Part shown: in pieces, positions 10,228 to 20,034 of the stretch
Layout of the letters: every line of letters starts with the position of its first letter
How positions within the stretch are numbered: the stretch's first letter is position 1
Assembly (NCBI GenBank): GCA_014376645.1
Contig: JACMRD010000110.1
Span: 14,470 to 78,469, forward strand
DNA length: 64,000 nucleotides
Reading direction: 5' to 3'
From: Herminiimonas sp.
GTDB taxonomy: Bacteria > Pseudomonadota > Gammaproteobacteria > Burkholderiales > Burkholderiaceae_D
Program-made: the position numbers and the translations under genes
Notes under the pieces: model-generated
What the model was told of the DNA's origin: nothing
Database searches by the model: none
Seen by the model: only the letters and a program-made list of their open reading frames with translations

Positions 10228-11001
10228 TCAAATAATCGCTCCAGTAAAAAAGCGCTGCACCCGGAGCAAGTCCTCGGGTGTATCAACACCGGCCGCCGGG
10301 GCGCTCGACGCCAGATGCACGGCAATCGGCAAGCCGTGCCACAGCACGCGCAATTGTTCCAGCGCCTCGATCTGCTCGAGCGGCGATGGCGTCAGTGAAG
10401 AATAGGATTGCAGGAAATCGTTACGGTAGGCGTACAGCCCGATGTGTCGCAGCGGCATGTAGCCGGCCGGCAGCGCAGCCTGGAATCCGGCCCCCTCGGC
10501 GGCAAATGCATCGCGGTGCCAAGGGATCGGCGCGCGCGAAAAATACAATGCGCGCCCAATGGCGTCGGTGACCAGCTTGACCACGTTCGGGTTGAACAGA
10601 TCGGCGGCGTTATCGATCGCATGCGCCGCGGTTGCCATCGGCACGGTGGCGTCGATGAGCGCCGCGGTGGCGGCGATCAGCTCGGGAGCAATCAGCGGCT
10701 CGTCGCCCTGCACGTTGACGATCACGGCATCCGGCGCCAGAGCGAGCCGCAAGGCAACCTCGGCGATCCGGTCGGTACCCGAGGGATGATCGGCGCGCGT
10801 CATGCACACTTCGATGCCGTGGCGCTCGCAGGCCGCGACGATGTCGGGATGATCGGTCGCAACCGTCACGCGGGACGCACCGGATCGGGCGGCGCGTTCG
10901 GCCACCCGCACCACCATCGGCTTGCCGCCCAGATCGGCCAACGGCTTGGCAGGCAGGCGCGTCGACGCCAGTCGCGCCGGGATGATGACGAAGAACGGCA
11001 T
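10228..11001 (-). CDS. kdsB: 3-deoxy-manno-octulosonate cytidylyltransferase
   Basis: 257 aa. It has [26 protein letters not shown] and NVQGDEPLI motifs. Confidence 0.95.
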   Translation of the reverse strand: MPFFVIIPARLASTRLPAKPLADLGGKPMVVRVAERAARSGASRVTVATDHPDIVAACERHGIEVCMTRADHPSGTDRIAEVALRLALAPDAVIVNVQGDEPLIAPELIAATAALIDATVPMATAAHAIDNAADLFNPNVVKLVTDAIGRALYFSRAPIPWHRDAFAAEGAGFQAALPAGYMPLRHIGLYAYRNDFLQSYSSLTPSPLEQIEALEQLRVLWHGLPIAVHLASSAPAAGVDTPEDLLRVQRFFTGAII

Positions 11002-11063
11002 CAGTGACTCAGGAAGCTACGCCGAGCGACGTGTCGGCCGCATCCGCCGCCGTCGTGCAACCG

Positions 11064-11258
11064 TCATTGCGCAGCGGGCGCGACCAGCGTGGCCGCATGC
11101 AGGTCGCGTGCTTCGTCGGCCCACATGATGGGGATGCCGTCGCGAATCGGATAGGCCAATTTGTCAGGATGGCAGATCAGTTCCTGCGCCTTCTTGTCGA
11201 AGTCGAGTGGTCCCTTGCAGAGGGGGCAAACCAGAATATCAAGCAGTCGCGTGTCCAC
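11064..11258 (-). CDS. Trm112/YcaR-family small zinc-ribbon protein
   Basis: I trimmed the ORF to the GTG at 11258, which is preceded by GGAGAG. The sequence [41 protein letters not shown] is the UPF0434/Trm112 signature. It overlaps the lpxK 3' end by 20 nt. Confidence 0.8.
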   Translation of the reverse strand: MDTRLLDILVCPLCKGPLDFDKKAQELICHPDKLAYPIRDGIPIMWADEARDLHAATLVAPAAQ

Positions 11259-12339
11259 GCAGTCTCTCCAGGATGTTGTCGGCAAATGGCGCGGCAATGC
11301 GCGCACTGACGGGCACCACCCACAGTCGGGGGTCCGATGCCAGCGCCGCTATTTCACTACATTTTACTGCATCCTTCTCGGTGATCAGGATCAGGTCCGC
11401 ATCGCAACCGGCAAAGGTGGTGTCATTGAAGTCATGATGGTCCGGCAGCGGCAACGGTTCGAACACCAGCCCCGCCGCCGACAATGTCGCAAAAAAGCGC
11501 GCGGGGTTGCCGATGCCGGCCGCCGCCACGATGCCCGGCGCTGGCACGGCCGCTGCGATTGCGGCAAGCGTGGTGCGCTGCGTGCGGTCGATCAACTGTT
11601 CAGCCAGGGGAGCCTCGAGCCACATGAGAATCGCGTCGCCGCGCATGCGCGATGGCCGATGCAATTGCAGTTGCAGGGCCGTCGCGGCCGGCGCTGCCGT
11701 GCCGACATTGACGATGCTGAAATCGCGCCGGCGCGAACGCGGCTCGCGCAGCGGGCCGGCCGGCAGAAGCCAGCCGTTACCGTCGCCACGACTGTCTTTC
11801 AGGACGATCTCGATGTCCCGGCCAAGCCGGTAATGCTGCAAGCCGTCGTCGGAAAGGATCACGTCGACTTCAGGGTGCGCACTCAACAGCGCCAGCCCGG
11901 CGGCGACCCGGTCGCGCCCCACCATCACCGGGCAGCCGGTGCGCTGGGCAATCAGTACCGGCTCATCGCCGACCTGCCGAGGACTGGAGCCCGCCATCAC
12001 CCGCCGTGCGCCCTGTTCCGCGCTGCCGTAGCCGCGCGAGATCACGCCTGGATGGAAACCGGCATTGCGCAGCATCTCGACCAGCCAGATCGTCAGCGGG
12101 GTCTTGCCAGTGCCACCCACGAAGAGATTGCCGACCACAATGACCGGCACCGGCAGTTGCACCGTCTTGAAAATTGCAATTCGGTAGAAAGCGCGACGCA
12201 GCATTACCAGCGCGGCAAAAAGGAGGGAGACCGGCCACAGCAGACACGGCACCACGCCGCGCCGCATCCACAGCCGCATCAGGGTCGGCGCCAGCCAGGC
12301 TCGGCTTTCCTGGTCAGGTATCCGACTATTTGCGGGCAC
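11239..12339 (-). CDS. lpxK: tetraacyldisaccharide 4'-kinase
   Basis: It has the [17 protein letters not shown]-loop and RGYG...LSDDGLQH motifs. The start codon is uncertain: either the GTG at 12339 or an internal ATG. Confidence 0.9.
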   Translation of the reverse strand: MPANSRIPDQESRAWLAPTLMRLWMRRGVVPCLLWPVSLLFAALVMLRRAFYRIAIFKTVQLPVPVIVVGNLFVGGTGKTPLTIWLVEMLRNAGFHPGVISRGYGSAEQGARRVMAGSSPRQVGDEPVLIAQRTGCPVMVGRDRVAAGLALLSAHPEVDVILSDDGLQHYRLGRDIEIVLKDSRGDGNGWLLPAGPLREPRSRRRDFSIVNVGTAAPAATALQLQLHRPSRMRGDAILMWLEAPLAEQLIDRTQRTTLAAIAAAVPAPGIVAAAGIGNPARFFATLSAAGLVFEPLPLPDHHDFNDTTFAGCDADLILITEKDAVKCSEIAALASDPRLWVVPVSARIAAPFADNILERLRGHATA

Positions 12340-12760
12340 TGGTCTGCGCAGCGAAGGTCACACGGTCATAGCCGGCCAGGCGCGCTGCTTCCAGCACGTT
12401 GATCACCGATTGATGGGCGGCGGTGGCGTCGGCATTGATGATGACGATCGGATCTTTCTGGCCGGCCGGCTTGGCTTCGGCGGCAGCCTTTAGCTCGTCG
12501 GCCAGCCCGCCGGCCTCGCGCGTTGCGACCCGTATGTTGTTGACAGCGTAGTTACCCTGCGGATCGACGGCGACATTGATTTCGAATGGCTGTTGCAGCG
12601 CCTTCTCCGCATCGGCGGTTGGTAGCGTGATCTGCAACGCGGTGAATTTGCTGTAGGTCGTCGTGACCATCAAAAAAATTAGAATCACCAACAACACGTC
12701 GATGAACGGAATCAGGTTGATTTCGGGGTCTTCGCGGCCACGGCCCTTGCGAAAGTTCAT
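12326..12760 (-). CDS. exbD: ExbD/TolR-family biopolymer transport protein
   Basis: 144 aa. The EINLIPFIDVLLVILIFLMV TM segment is typical of ExbD. There is a GGAG RBS. Confidence 0.9.
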   Translation of the reverse strand: MNFRKGRGREDPEINLIPFIDVLLVILIFLMVTTTYSKFTALQITLPTADAEKALQQPFEINVAVDPQGNYAVNNIRVATREAGGLADELKAAAEAKPAGQKDPIVIINADATAAHQSVINVLEAARLAGYDRVTFAAQTSARK

Positions 12761-12805
12761 CGTTAGCTCCGCTGCGGCAGGAAAATCGGCATCATCTTTT
12801 CGGGC

Positions 12806-13411
12806 TCAGTAACGGTTGCCATGGACCAGATCGACGAACTTCACGGCCTGCTGCTCCATGTCGATGATGAAGCTGTCGACCAAGGCGCGGAAATGCCGGT
12901 AAAAGACCAACGCCGGCATGGCGATCGCCAGTCCGAATCCGGTGTTGTAGAGGGCCACCGAGATACCATGTGCAAGCTGTGCCGGATTGGCTCCGGTCGC
13001 ATTTTGGGCGCCGAAGATCTCGATCATCCCGACCACGGTGCCGAACAACCCCATCAGCGGCGCCAGGGTAGCGATGGTACCGAGCGTGGTCAGGAAACGC
13101 TCCAGGTCATGCGCCGTGCCACGGCCGGCTTCCTCGATCGATTCCTTCATGACGTCGCGCGGCGCATTGACATTGTGCAGGCCGGCGGCCAGGACCCGTC
13201 CCAGCGGTGAATTTTTCTCGAGCGTACCGATGACGCTCTCATCGATCTTGCCGTTATGGTAGACACGAACGACTTCGTTCAGTAAATTCGGCGGCAGGAT
13301 GCGCGACCGGCGCAGGTACAATAATCGCTCGATGATCAGGGACAACGCAATCATGGATGCGGTCAGCAAGAGCCAGATCGGCCAGCCTGCGGCTTGGATT
13401 ATTGCAAGCAA
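12806..13411 (-). CDS. exbB: MotA/TolQ/ExbB proton-channel protein
   Basis: The track ORF extends to 13483 with a TTG start. I prefer the TTG at 13411 after GGGAG, which gives MLAIIQAAGWPIWLLL. The conserved GLFGTVVGMI and ALYNTGFGLAIA motifs are present. Confidence 0.85.
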   Translation of the reverse strand: MLAIIQAAGWPIWLLLTASMIALSLIIERLLYLRRSRILPPNLLNEVVRVYHNGKIDESVIGTLEKNSPLGRVLAAGLHNVNAPRDVMKESIEEAGRGTAHDLERFLTTLGTIATLAPLMGLFGTVVGMIEIFGAQNATGANPAQLAHGISVALYNTGFGLAIAMPALVFYRHFRALVDSFIIDMEQQAVKFVDLVHGNRY

Positions 13412-13517
13412 AGGGACTCCCGGGAATGATTCAGATGGTTCGGCATGGATGCAGAATGTAACGTGTTGGGCGCTCGCGGGCAAGCCTCATGCTGACTGAA
13501 AACTTGTGCACACAATC

Positions 13518-13538
13518 TGTGGATAACTTTGTGGGTAA
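13518..13538. promoter_or_regulatory. pair of DnaA-box-like 9-mers (TGTGGATAA is a perfect complement of TTATCCACA; TGTGGGTAA is one mismatch away)
   Basis: Read directly. The two boxes share an orientation and start 12 bp apart, inside the AT-rich exbB/xseA divergent intergenic region. A weaker third box, TGTGGACAG, lies at 13692-13700. Confidence 0.35.
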
Positions 13539-13720
13539 CTCGGTATGAATTGCGAAAGCTGTTGATTTCAAACGTTTTTATTGTTCTGCCTGGAAATTAT
13601 GCAAAATTTAATTGTTTGTCAAATCAATGACTTGCGCGATTTTCGTGCTAACGATGAATTTGATGACGAAATTGTGACCGATTTGCGAATCTGTGGACAG
13701 TCTTGTCGGCGGATCTGGCA

Positions 13721-15070
13721 ATGAGTCCCAGTGAAAGCGCTGGCGGGCCGGCTGTACTGAGCGTCTCGGCGCTCAACACCGCGGTATCGCGACTGCTCGA
13801 ACGCAGTTTTCCGTTGACCTGGGTGTCCGGTGAAGTGTCGAATTTTACGCGGGCTGCTTCCGGCCACTGGTACTTCACGCTCAAGGACGATACGGCGCAA
13901 GTACGTGCCGTCATGTTCCGTGGCCGCGCCCAATATGCCGACTTCACGCCGCGCGAGGGCGATCGGGTGGAAGTGCGCGCACTAGTGACCCTGTATGCCG
14001 CGCGCGGCGACTATCAGCTCGGGGTCGAAGCGATCCGCCGCGCCGGTGTCGGTAACCTGTACGAAGCATTTCTTGCGCTAAAGCTTAAGCTGGAAACCGA
14101 AGGTTTGTTCGAGGCCGCCAGAAAGCGGGCGGTACCAGCCTTTGCACGCACGATCGGCATCGTCACCAGCCCGCAGGCCGCCGCCCTGCACGATGTACTG
14201 ACTGCCCTGCAACGGCGCGCACCCCACTGTCGCATCATCCTGTACCCGGCGCCCGTGCAGGGGGCCGGTGCCGGCGAACGCATTGCCGCGGCCATCGCCA
14301 CTGCGGCGCTGCGTAACGAATGCGACGTCCTGCTGGTCTGTCGCGGCGGTGGCAGCATCGAGGATCTATGGGCCTTCAATCACGAAAGCGTGGCGCGGGC
14401 GATCGTGGCGTCTCCGATGCCCGTCATCAGCGGCGTCGGACACGAAACCGATTTCACGATCGCAGACTTTGCCGCCGATGTGCGCGCACCGACGCCGACG
14501 GCGGCGGCCGAACTGGCGACCCGCGCCCGCGCGGATTGGCTGGCCCAACTGGCGATGCATGGCGTCGATCTGCAGCGCGCATGGCGGCGCCAGCAGGCAG
14601 AACGCATCCAGACCCTCGACTGGTTTGCACGGCGTCTGGTCAGCCCGGCGGCTGCCATCGTCCATGACCGACTGCGGCTGCACGTATTGCAGCAGCGCCT
14701 GGGTCATGCGAACCGGACGCCGCTGACGCAGGCGCGCCACGCCCTGGCCCAGCTCACCACCCGGCTGACCGCAGAATTACCGAATACGGGCGCGCCACGG
14801 ATCAGGCTGGCCGAACAGGCACGTCGCCTGGCACGGCGAATGCATGAGAGGAGCGCACTGCGGCGGCAAGCAGTCTCGGCGCTGTCGGCGCAACTGGAAC
14901 TGCTCAATCCACAGCGGACCCTCGAGCGCGGCTATGCCATCATTACCGACGCGCGCGGCGCAATCGTACGATCACCCGCCGCGCTACATCCGCGCGACCT
15001 GATCGGCGTACGGCTTGCACAAGGCAGCGCCGAGGTCGGTATCGCCAGCGTGCAAAGCCTGTTGGATTGA
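13721..15070 (+). CDS. xseA: exodeoxyribonuclease VII large subunit
   Basis: I preferred the ATG at 13721 over the track's TTG start at 13703. It has [28 protein letters not shown]...HWYFTLKD (OB fold) and [14 protein letters not shown] motifs. Confidence 0.95.
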   Translation: MSPSESAGGPAVLSVSALNTAVSRLLERSFPLTWVSGEVSNFTRAASGHWYFTLKDDTAQVRAVMFRGRAQYADFTPREGDRVEVRALVTLYAARGDYQLGVEAIRRAGVGNLYEAFLALKLKLETEGLFEAARKRAVPAFARTIGIVTSPQAAALHDVLTALQRRAPHCRIILYPAPVQGAGAGERIAAAIATAALRNECDVLLVCRGGGSIEDLWAFNHESVARAIVASPMPVISGVGHETDFTIADFAADVRAPTPTAAAELATRARADWLAQLAMHGVDLQRAWRRQQAERIQTLDWFARRLVSPAAAIVHDRLRLHVLQQRLGHANRTPLTQARHALAQLTTRLTAELPNTGAPRIRLAEQARRLARRMHERSALRRQAVSALSAQLELLNPQRTLERGYAIITDARGAIVRSPAALHPRDLIGVRLAQGSAEVGIASVQSLLD

Positions 15071-15200
15071 CGCCGATTGGCCGGGCCGAATTTGCTGTCG
15101 TCGTGCCGAAATCGGACGCAGAGTGCGCTTACCCCGCATCGGCCTTACAATAAAGACCTTTCAAAAATAGCATCTTCCCCCCAACAACCAAAGGATGACC

Positions 15201-15779
15201 ATGGAACATACCCTGCCACCTCTCCCGTATGCGATGGACGCACTGGCGCCTCACATCTCCAAAGAAACGCTGGAATACCACTACGGCAAGCACCATCAGA
15301 CCTACGTGACGAACCTGAACAACCTGATCAAAGGCACCGAGTTCGCCGAGTCGTCGCTCGAAGACATCATCAAGAAGGCGTCAGGCGGCGTCTTCAACAA
15401 TGCAGCACAGGTCTGGAATCACACGTTTTACTGGAACGGTCTGAGCCCCGCCGGCACGGACGCACCAACCGGTACGCTGGCTGATGCAATCAATGCGAAA
15501 TGGGGTTCATTCGACAAGTTCAAGGAAGAATTCACCAAGTCCTGCGCCGGTAACTTCGGTTCGGGCTGGACTTGGCTGGTGAAGAAAGCCGACGGCGCCG
15601 TCGATATCGTCAACACATCCAATGCAGCGACACCGCTGACCGGAACCGACAAGCCGCTGCTGACCTGCGACGTCTGGGAGCATGCGTACTACATCGATTA
15701 CCGCAATGCGCGTCCGAAGTATGTGGAATCTTTCTGGAAACTGGCCAACTGGGATTTCGCCGGCGAGAATTTCGCCTGA
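15201..15779 (+). CDS. sodB: Fe/Mn superoxide dismutase (Fe-type by sequence flavour)
   Basis: It has [32 protein letters not shown]...[13 protein letters not shown]. An AAGGA RBS lies ahead of the ATG at 15201. Confidence 0.95.
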   Translation: MEHTLPPLPYAMDALAPHISKETLEYHYGKHHQTYVTNLNNLIKGTEFAESSLEDIIKKASGGVFNNAAQVWNHTFYWNGLSPAGTDAPTGTLADAINAKWGSFDKFKEEFTKSCAGNFGSGWTWLVKKADGAVDIVNTSNAATPLTGTDKPLLTCDVWEHAYYIDYRNARPKYVESFWKLANWDFAGENFA

Positions 15780-15824
15780 AGCATCATCTGAGCAGGCGTC
15801 GGTCGCGAGACTGGCGCTGACGGG

Positions 15825-15860
15825 GGCGGCACGAGCGACAACGCTTTTGCCGCCGTTTTT
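15825..15860 (+). terminator. putative rho-independent terminator after sodB
   Basis: The stem GGCGGCA...TGCCGCC is followed by GTTTTT. Confidence 0.55.
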
Positions 15861-15934
15861 CATTGATCGCCGCCAGGCATTCCTGTCATGCGAGTACCTG
15901 TACGTAACGCATTCACGGCGCTTCCCGCAGTGGA

Positions 15935-16504
15935 CTACTGGCCCTGCACTTGTTGCCGCACCTGTTGCACCAATGCCTGAAGAACCTGCGATTGCTGTGC
16001 CACCACGAGCAGCCGGTCGAGCTGATTGCGGGTCGGCAGCTTGAAGGCGACCTGGCCCCGGATCTCCCCTTCGGCAAACGTCGGGCTATGCAAATTGAAG
16101 TAAAAACCGCCGGCGCGCATGGTGACCAGTTGCGCCGGAGTCAGCGTTCCCTGCGCGTTCCAGACGACCTTACCCGCCTCCTTCGTCAGCGGAAAAACCA
16201 CCGGCCCTGCCACGCCAACCGGCGCTTGGTGAATGTGGGCCACGGTTTCGACCATGCCGTTCGTAATCACGCTTGCCGAGAAACTCAGATCGCGCGCGTT
16301 CACGATAGCCAATCCGACACCGGTGGCAGGACTGCCGTTGGGAGGTGTTTCCTGCGACCCGTTGAGTTCCGCACTGAAGACCAGTGATTCGTTTTCAATT
16401 TTTACCGCAGCATCCTTCAAGCTACCACCACACGACGCCAGCAATGTCAGTGCCAACAGAGCCGCCCATTTGAGTCCCGTAACTTCCCGTTCGAACATTT
16501 TCAT
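15935..16504 (-). CDS. CHRD-domain lipoprotein
   Basis: I trimmed the ORF to the ATG at 16504, which is preceded by GAGGAG. The lipobox signal is MKMFEREVTGLKWAALLALTLLASC. A CHRD-like AHIHQAPVGVAGPVVFPL...FYFNLHSPTFAEGEIRGQ motif is present. Confidence 0.75.
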   Translation of the reverse strand: MKMFEREVTGLKWAALLALTLLASCGGSLKDAAVKIENESLVFSAELNGSQETPPNGSPATGVGLAIVNARDLSFSASVITNGMVETVAHIHQAPVGVAGPVVFPLTKEAGKVVWNAQGTLTPAQLVTMRAGGFYFNLHSPTFAEGEIRGQVAFKLPTRNQLDRLLVVAQQSQVLQALVQQVRQQVQGQ

Positions 16505-17078
16505 CGCAATCTCCTCGCCAAAAAGTAAATGGAATCTGTCCGGCCAGCCCGGACAGAACGCTGCCTTTGCGCGCCTGGATGGTGTTCCGCTGCGGCCAAG
16601 CCTCAACGAGACCCGCCGACCCGACGGCAGCGCCCACCGAGGCCGCAAGCGACCACTGGCAGGTGACTCATCCATGACGTGCATGCACGAGATGCCCAAA
16701 GCAGTCAGCGTGCCCGCGATGAAAGCCCCATACGGAGCTCGATGGGAACGCACTTTGAGGAAAGCGGTCGGTAAGAACTACCGACGCATGTAAAAAAACA
16801 GCGCATCGGTGCGATCGCGCTGCGTGCAGCATGTGCTAGCCGACTCGCGTGGTTGGTTGTGGATCGACAAATCAAGAATGTTTGTTTTTTAACAATGCAT
16901 CGCAGCCGGGAAGACGTGAAGATGATGGCCGAATTCCAGATCCACGCCTCAGTGCGCCAGCCCAATTCCAGGCCGGACGCTGCCCCGTTTCAGGCAAGTG
17001 TGATCGTTCGATGGCTGCGGCGAGCCTATTGCAGGATCGCCAAATCCGGTTCTCTCATCTCTTCTTGAAAGTTTGACC

Positions 17079-17303
17079 ATGTACAGAAATATTCTGATCG
17101 CTGCCGCGTTTTCGATGCTGGTGCTCGCCGGCTGCAGCTCGGGCCCAGCCACACCAGCTGCGCAGACAAATGCAGGCATGACGGGCGTGGACCCGCTAAT
17201 TCCCGCAAAGGTGATCACGGCACGTCGCATGACGACCGCAGAAAAAGCCGCATACGATCAGGGGATCGACACCCAGATCACCCGTCTGAAACAGGTCGAA
17301 TAG
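17079..17303 (+). CDS. small lipoprotein, unknown function
   Basis: MYRNILIAAAFSMLVLAGCSS has the lipobox LAGC. The RBS is weak. Confidence 0.5.
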   Translation: MYRNILIAAAFSMLVLAGCSSGPATPAAQTNAGMTGVDPLIPAKVITARRMTTAEKAAYDQGIDTQITRLKQVE

Positions 17304-17414
17304 AGACACCGGGGCTTGAGCGGCAACGCAATTGTGCGCTGCCGGCGAACAAACCCGCAGTACGCACGCGATTGCACAAACTGCGCTACTCAGACGATTT
17401 GCCTGTCCGGCATC

Positions 17415-17452
17415 AAAGCATCCCAGGTCGCCGCACCCCGGATGCTTTTTTT
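17415..17452 (+). terminator. rho-independent terminator
   Basis: AAAGCATCC-N16-GGATGCTTT is followed by TTTT. It lies about 110 nt downstream of the lipoprotein stop. Confidence 0.6.
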
Positions 17453-17467
17453 ACGCCCGCGTCGGCT

Positions 17468-18790
17468 TCAGAGAATCAGGATGGCGCGGAAATCATTGAC
17501 GTTGGTGCGTGTCGGGCCGCTGACGACCAGGTCGTCCAGAGCACTGAAAAACCGGTAGCCGTCGTTATCTTCCAGCAACCCTCTCGCCGACAACCCGAGC
17601 GCGCTTGCCCGCGCGAGCGAGTCCGGGGCCAGCAGCGCGCCAGCATTGTCTTCGGAGCCATCGATGCCATCCGTATCGCACGCCAGCGCGTACACGCCAG
17701 GGTGGCCTTCCAGCGCATTGGCCAGACTGAGCAGAAACTCGACGTTGCGGCCACCCCGGCCTTTGCCGCGCACCGTCACTGTCGTCTCGCCGCCGGAAAT
17801 GATCACGCAGGGTGCCGCAAACGGCTGTCCGTGCGCGGCAACCTGGCGTGCGATGGCCGCATGCATGGCGCCGATGTCGCGCGCTTCACCTTCGATGCGA
17901 TCGGACAGGATGTGTACCGTGAGGCCACCCGCACGGGCGCAAGCGGCGGCCGCTTCGAGAGCATCCTGCGCGGTGGCGATCACGTGATGACTGTTGCGGG
18001 CGAACCGAGGGTCGTCCGGCTTCGGCGTCTCACCGGCGCCTGATGTCAGGTGGGCTTCGATCTCAGGAGGCACGGCGATGGCGTACTTGCACAGGATCGC
18101 CAGCGCCTCGGCGCAGGTACCGGCGTCGGTCAGCGTCGGACCACTCGCAATAATCGCCGGGTCGTCTCCGGGAATATCGGAAATCAGGAGCGTGACGACA
18201 CGCGCCGGCGCACAGGCCAGTGCGAGCCGTCCGCCCTTGATGGCCGACAGATGCTTGCGCACGCAATTCATTTCGAAAATCGTCGCTCCGCTCCTGAGCA
18301 AGGCCTTGTTGAGGGCCTGCTTTTGCGCAAGAGAGATACCGGGCGCCGGCAAGGCAAGCAAAGCCGACCCGCCGCCCGAAATCAGGCACAGCACCAGATC
18401 ATCAGCGGATAGACCCTGCACCATCTGCAAAATACGGGCAGCCGCCTGTTGCCCTGCTGCGTCCGGTACCGGATGGGCGGCTTCGACCACTTCGATTTTC
18501 CGGCAATCGGCGCCGTGCCCATAGCGCGTGACGACCAATCCCGACAGCTCACCTTGCCATTGCCGCTCGACAGCCGCAGCCATGGCGGCAGCCCCTTTTC
18601 CAGCACCGATGACGACGGTGCGTCCACGCGGCAAATCAGGGAGGAAGCCAGCGATGCATTTTTCGGCACTGACGGCATCGACCGCAGCGTCGTACAAGGA
18701 ACGCAGCAGGGCACGAGCCTTGTCGGGCGCCGACAGGTCGTGAGCAGGGACCGGAAACAACGGGGTAGGGGCTGGAACGAAATCGGACAT
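17468..18790 (-). CDS. glycerate 2-kinase / hydroxypyruvate reductase-type MOFRL-family protein
   Basis: I trimmed the ORF to the ATG at 18790. It has VIGAGKGAAAMA, ISGGGSALL, VIISGGETTVTVRGKGRGGRN and ACDTDGIDG motifs. Confidence 0.85.
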   Translation of the reverse strand: MSDFVPAPTPLFPVPAHDLSAPDKARALLRSLYDAAVDAVSAEKCIAGFLPDLPRGRTVVIGAGKGAAAMAAAVERQWQGELSGLVVTRYGHGADCRKIEVVEAAHPVPDAAGQQAAARILQMVQGLSADDLVLCLISGGGSALLALPAPGISLAQKQALNKALLRSGATIFEMNCVRKHLSAIKGGRLALACAPARVVTLLISDIPGDDPAIIASGPTLTDAGTCAEALAILCKYAIAVPPEIEAHLTSGAGETPKPDDPRFARNSHHVIATAQDALEAAAACARAGGLTVHILSDRIEGEARDIGAMHAAIARQVAAHGQPFAAPCVIISGGETTVTVRGKGRGGRNVEFLLSLANALEGHPGVYALACDTDGIDGSEDNAGALLAPDSLARASALGLSARGLLEDNDGYRFFSALDDLVVSGPTRTNVNDFRAILIL

Positions 18791-19218
18791 GGGCGATGAG
18801 TGAAAGCAGGGATTTGATGAGATGTAGATGGTACCGCTCCCTGCCGGCACTGCGTGAAAATTGCAATGCAGCACCCGCTTTCACATGCGCGCACGTGGAT
18901 TAAGACAATGAAATTCCCATCAATTATCAATTAATACAATTAATTATTTACCATGAGTTGCAGTATTATATTTACTTATGGTATTTTTTTTACTATGCTC
19001 AACATGTGTTCGAGCTTCCCGTCATAGATGAGCGCCGGGTCGTGCCGCACTGATAGCCATGATACTTCCGGTAATCGGGACTCTGGACCAAATTGAGGAT
19101 TGGCGAGAACCAACTCACCTTTGACCTGGCAAGTGTTCGCAAAAACATGCGTTCCGGAATACCTAAATCGGTACCTAGAAGTAAGTGTCTCAAGTCTCAA
19201 CAAACGAAAAGGGATCCA

Positions 19219-19983
19219 ATGAAAATCGCCTGCTGCACTCGCCACGACAAAGTTTTCCATTACGTTCAAAACGCGCTCGCCGCGACGCAACTCGAATGCG
19301 AGCATTTCGCCTCCGAAGCGGCCCTCCTGCGCACCCTGCGCCGACGCACCTTCGACCTGATCGTGGTCGATTCGGACAACCAGATGCCCAACGACGCGCC
19401 GGTGTTTTCATGGCTTAACTGTCGTACCGACGAAAGCACACCCGTGGTGCTGTTGTCGTCGACACAGCGAGAAGGTCAGCTGGCGTTCGCGCTGGACGCC
19501 GGCGCCGACGACTTCATCGTCAATCCCTTCGATGCTGCCGAACTGGTTGCGCGCCTGCAGGCGGTACTGCGTCGCTATCGGCCAAAAACCGCACACCGCT
19601 CGATCGAACTGGGAGGTTTCCTGCTGGACCGCGAATCGCGCCGACTGCTCGACAATGGCGTACCGGTGGCGCTGACCTCCCGCGAATTCACGATGGCGTG
19701 GCTGCTGTTTTCATCGCCGGGAATGTATTTTTCGCGCGACGCGATCAGTGTCTCGATCTGGGGTGTCGACAGCGATGTCGCCAGCCGAACCATCGAACAG
19801 CATGTCTACAAGCTGCGCAAGAAACTGCATCTGTGCGAGGAGCGTGGCGTCATCATCCGTACCGCCTATACCCATGGTTACAGGCTAGAATTGTGCTCCC
19901 AACCGCTGGTGCCGACTTCGCTCATGCACGCAGCCGCCAACACAATGCCGGTCGGCAGCGTGGTCGAACTAGCCCATAACTAA
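19219..19983 (+). CDS. orphan OmpR/PhoB-type winged-helix regulator with a degenerate (pseudo-)receiver domain
   Basis: I trimmed the ORF to the ATG at 19219, which follows AAAAGGGA. The C-terminal ALTSREFTMAWLLFSSPGMYFSRDAISVSIWG...TIEQHVYKLRKKL...YRLE matches Trans_reg_C. The receiver keeps the Asp in DLIVVDSD but lacks the N-terminal acidic pair (TRHD) and has NPF in place of the conserved KPF. Confidence 0.8.
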   Translation: MKIACCTRHDKVFHYVQNALAATQLECEHFASEAALLRTLRRRTFDLIVVDSDNQMPNDAPVFSWLNCRTDESTPVVLLSSTQREGQLAFALDAGADDFIVNPFDAAELVARLQAVLRRYRPKTAHRSIELGGFLLDRESRRLLDNGVPVALTSREFTMAWLLFSSPGMYFSRDAISVSIWGVDSDVASRTIEQHVYKLRKKLHLCEERGVIIRTAYTHGYRLELCSQPLVPTSLMHAAANTMPVGSVVELAHN

Positions 19984-19997
19984 TTATCCGAAATGGT

Positions 19998-20025
19998 CAT
20001 CCGGCCGCCCGCAACGGGCCGGATG
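19998..20025. terminator. GC-rich hairpin between convergent genes (9-bp stem CATCCGGCC/GGCCGGATG)
   Basis: Read directly. It sits between the regulator stop (19981-19983) and the stop of the minus-strand membrane protein (20035-20037). There is no clear T-run. Confidence 0.35.
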
Positions 20026-20034
20026 CCGATCGAT

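Noticed and set aside
13484-13720. An AT-rich region with DnaA boxes considered as a possible chromosomal origin (oriC).
   Set aside because: There are only two good boxes. I saw no obvious 13-mer DUE repeats and no dnaA/dnaN/gyrB or parAB/gidA neighbourhood. It is better treated as a possible regulatory or titration site (see findings).
16705-17068. Track ORFs 16705..16965 (minus strand) and 16853..17068 / 16849..17076 (plus strand) in the long spacer.
   Set aside because: They have no RBS, odd composition (Cys/Arg/Ser-rich), mutual overlap, and no family resemblance. I treated the region as non-coding.
18976-19305. A 109-aa minus-strand ORF across the AT-rich leader and the start of the regulator gene (also 18999..19193).
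   Set aside because: It overlaps the well-supported regulator start and RBS. It shows no RBS or family resemblance, and its AT-rich part is more plausibly promoter DNA. A very short remnant gene cannot be excluded.
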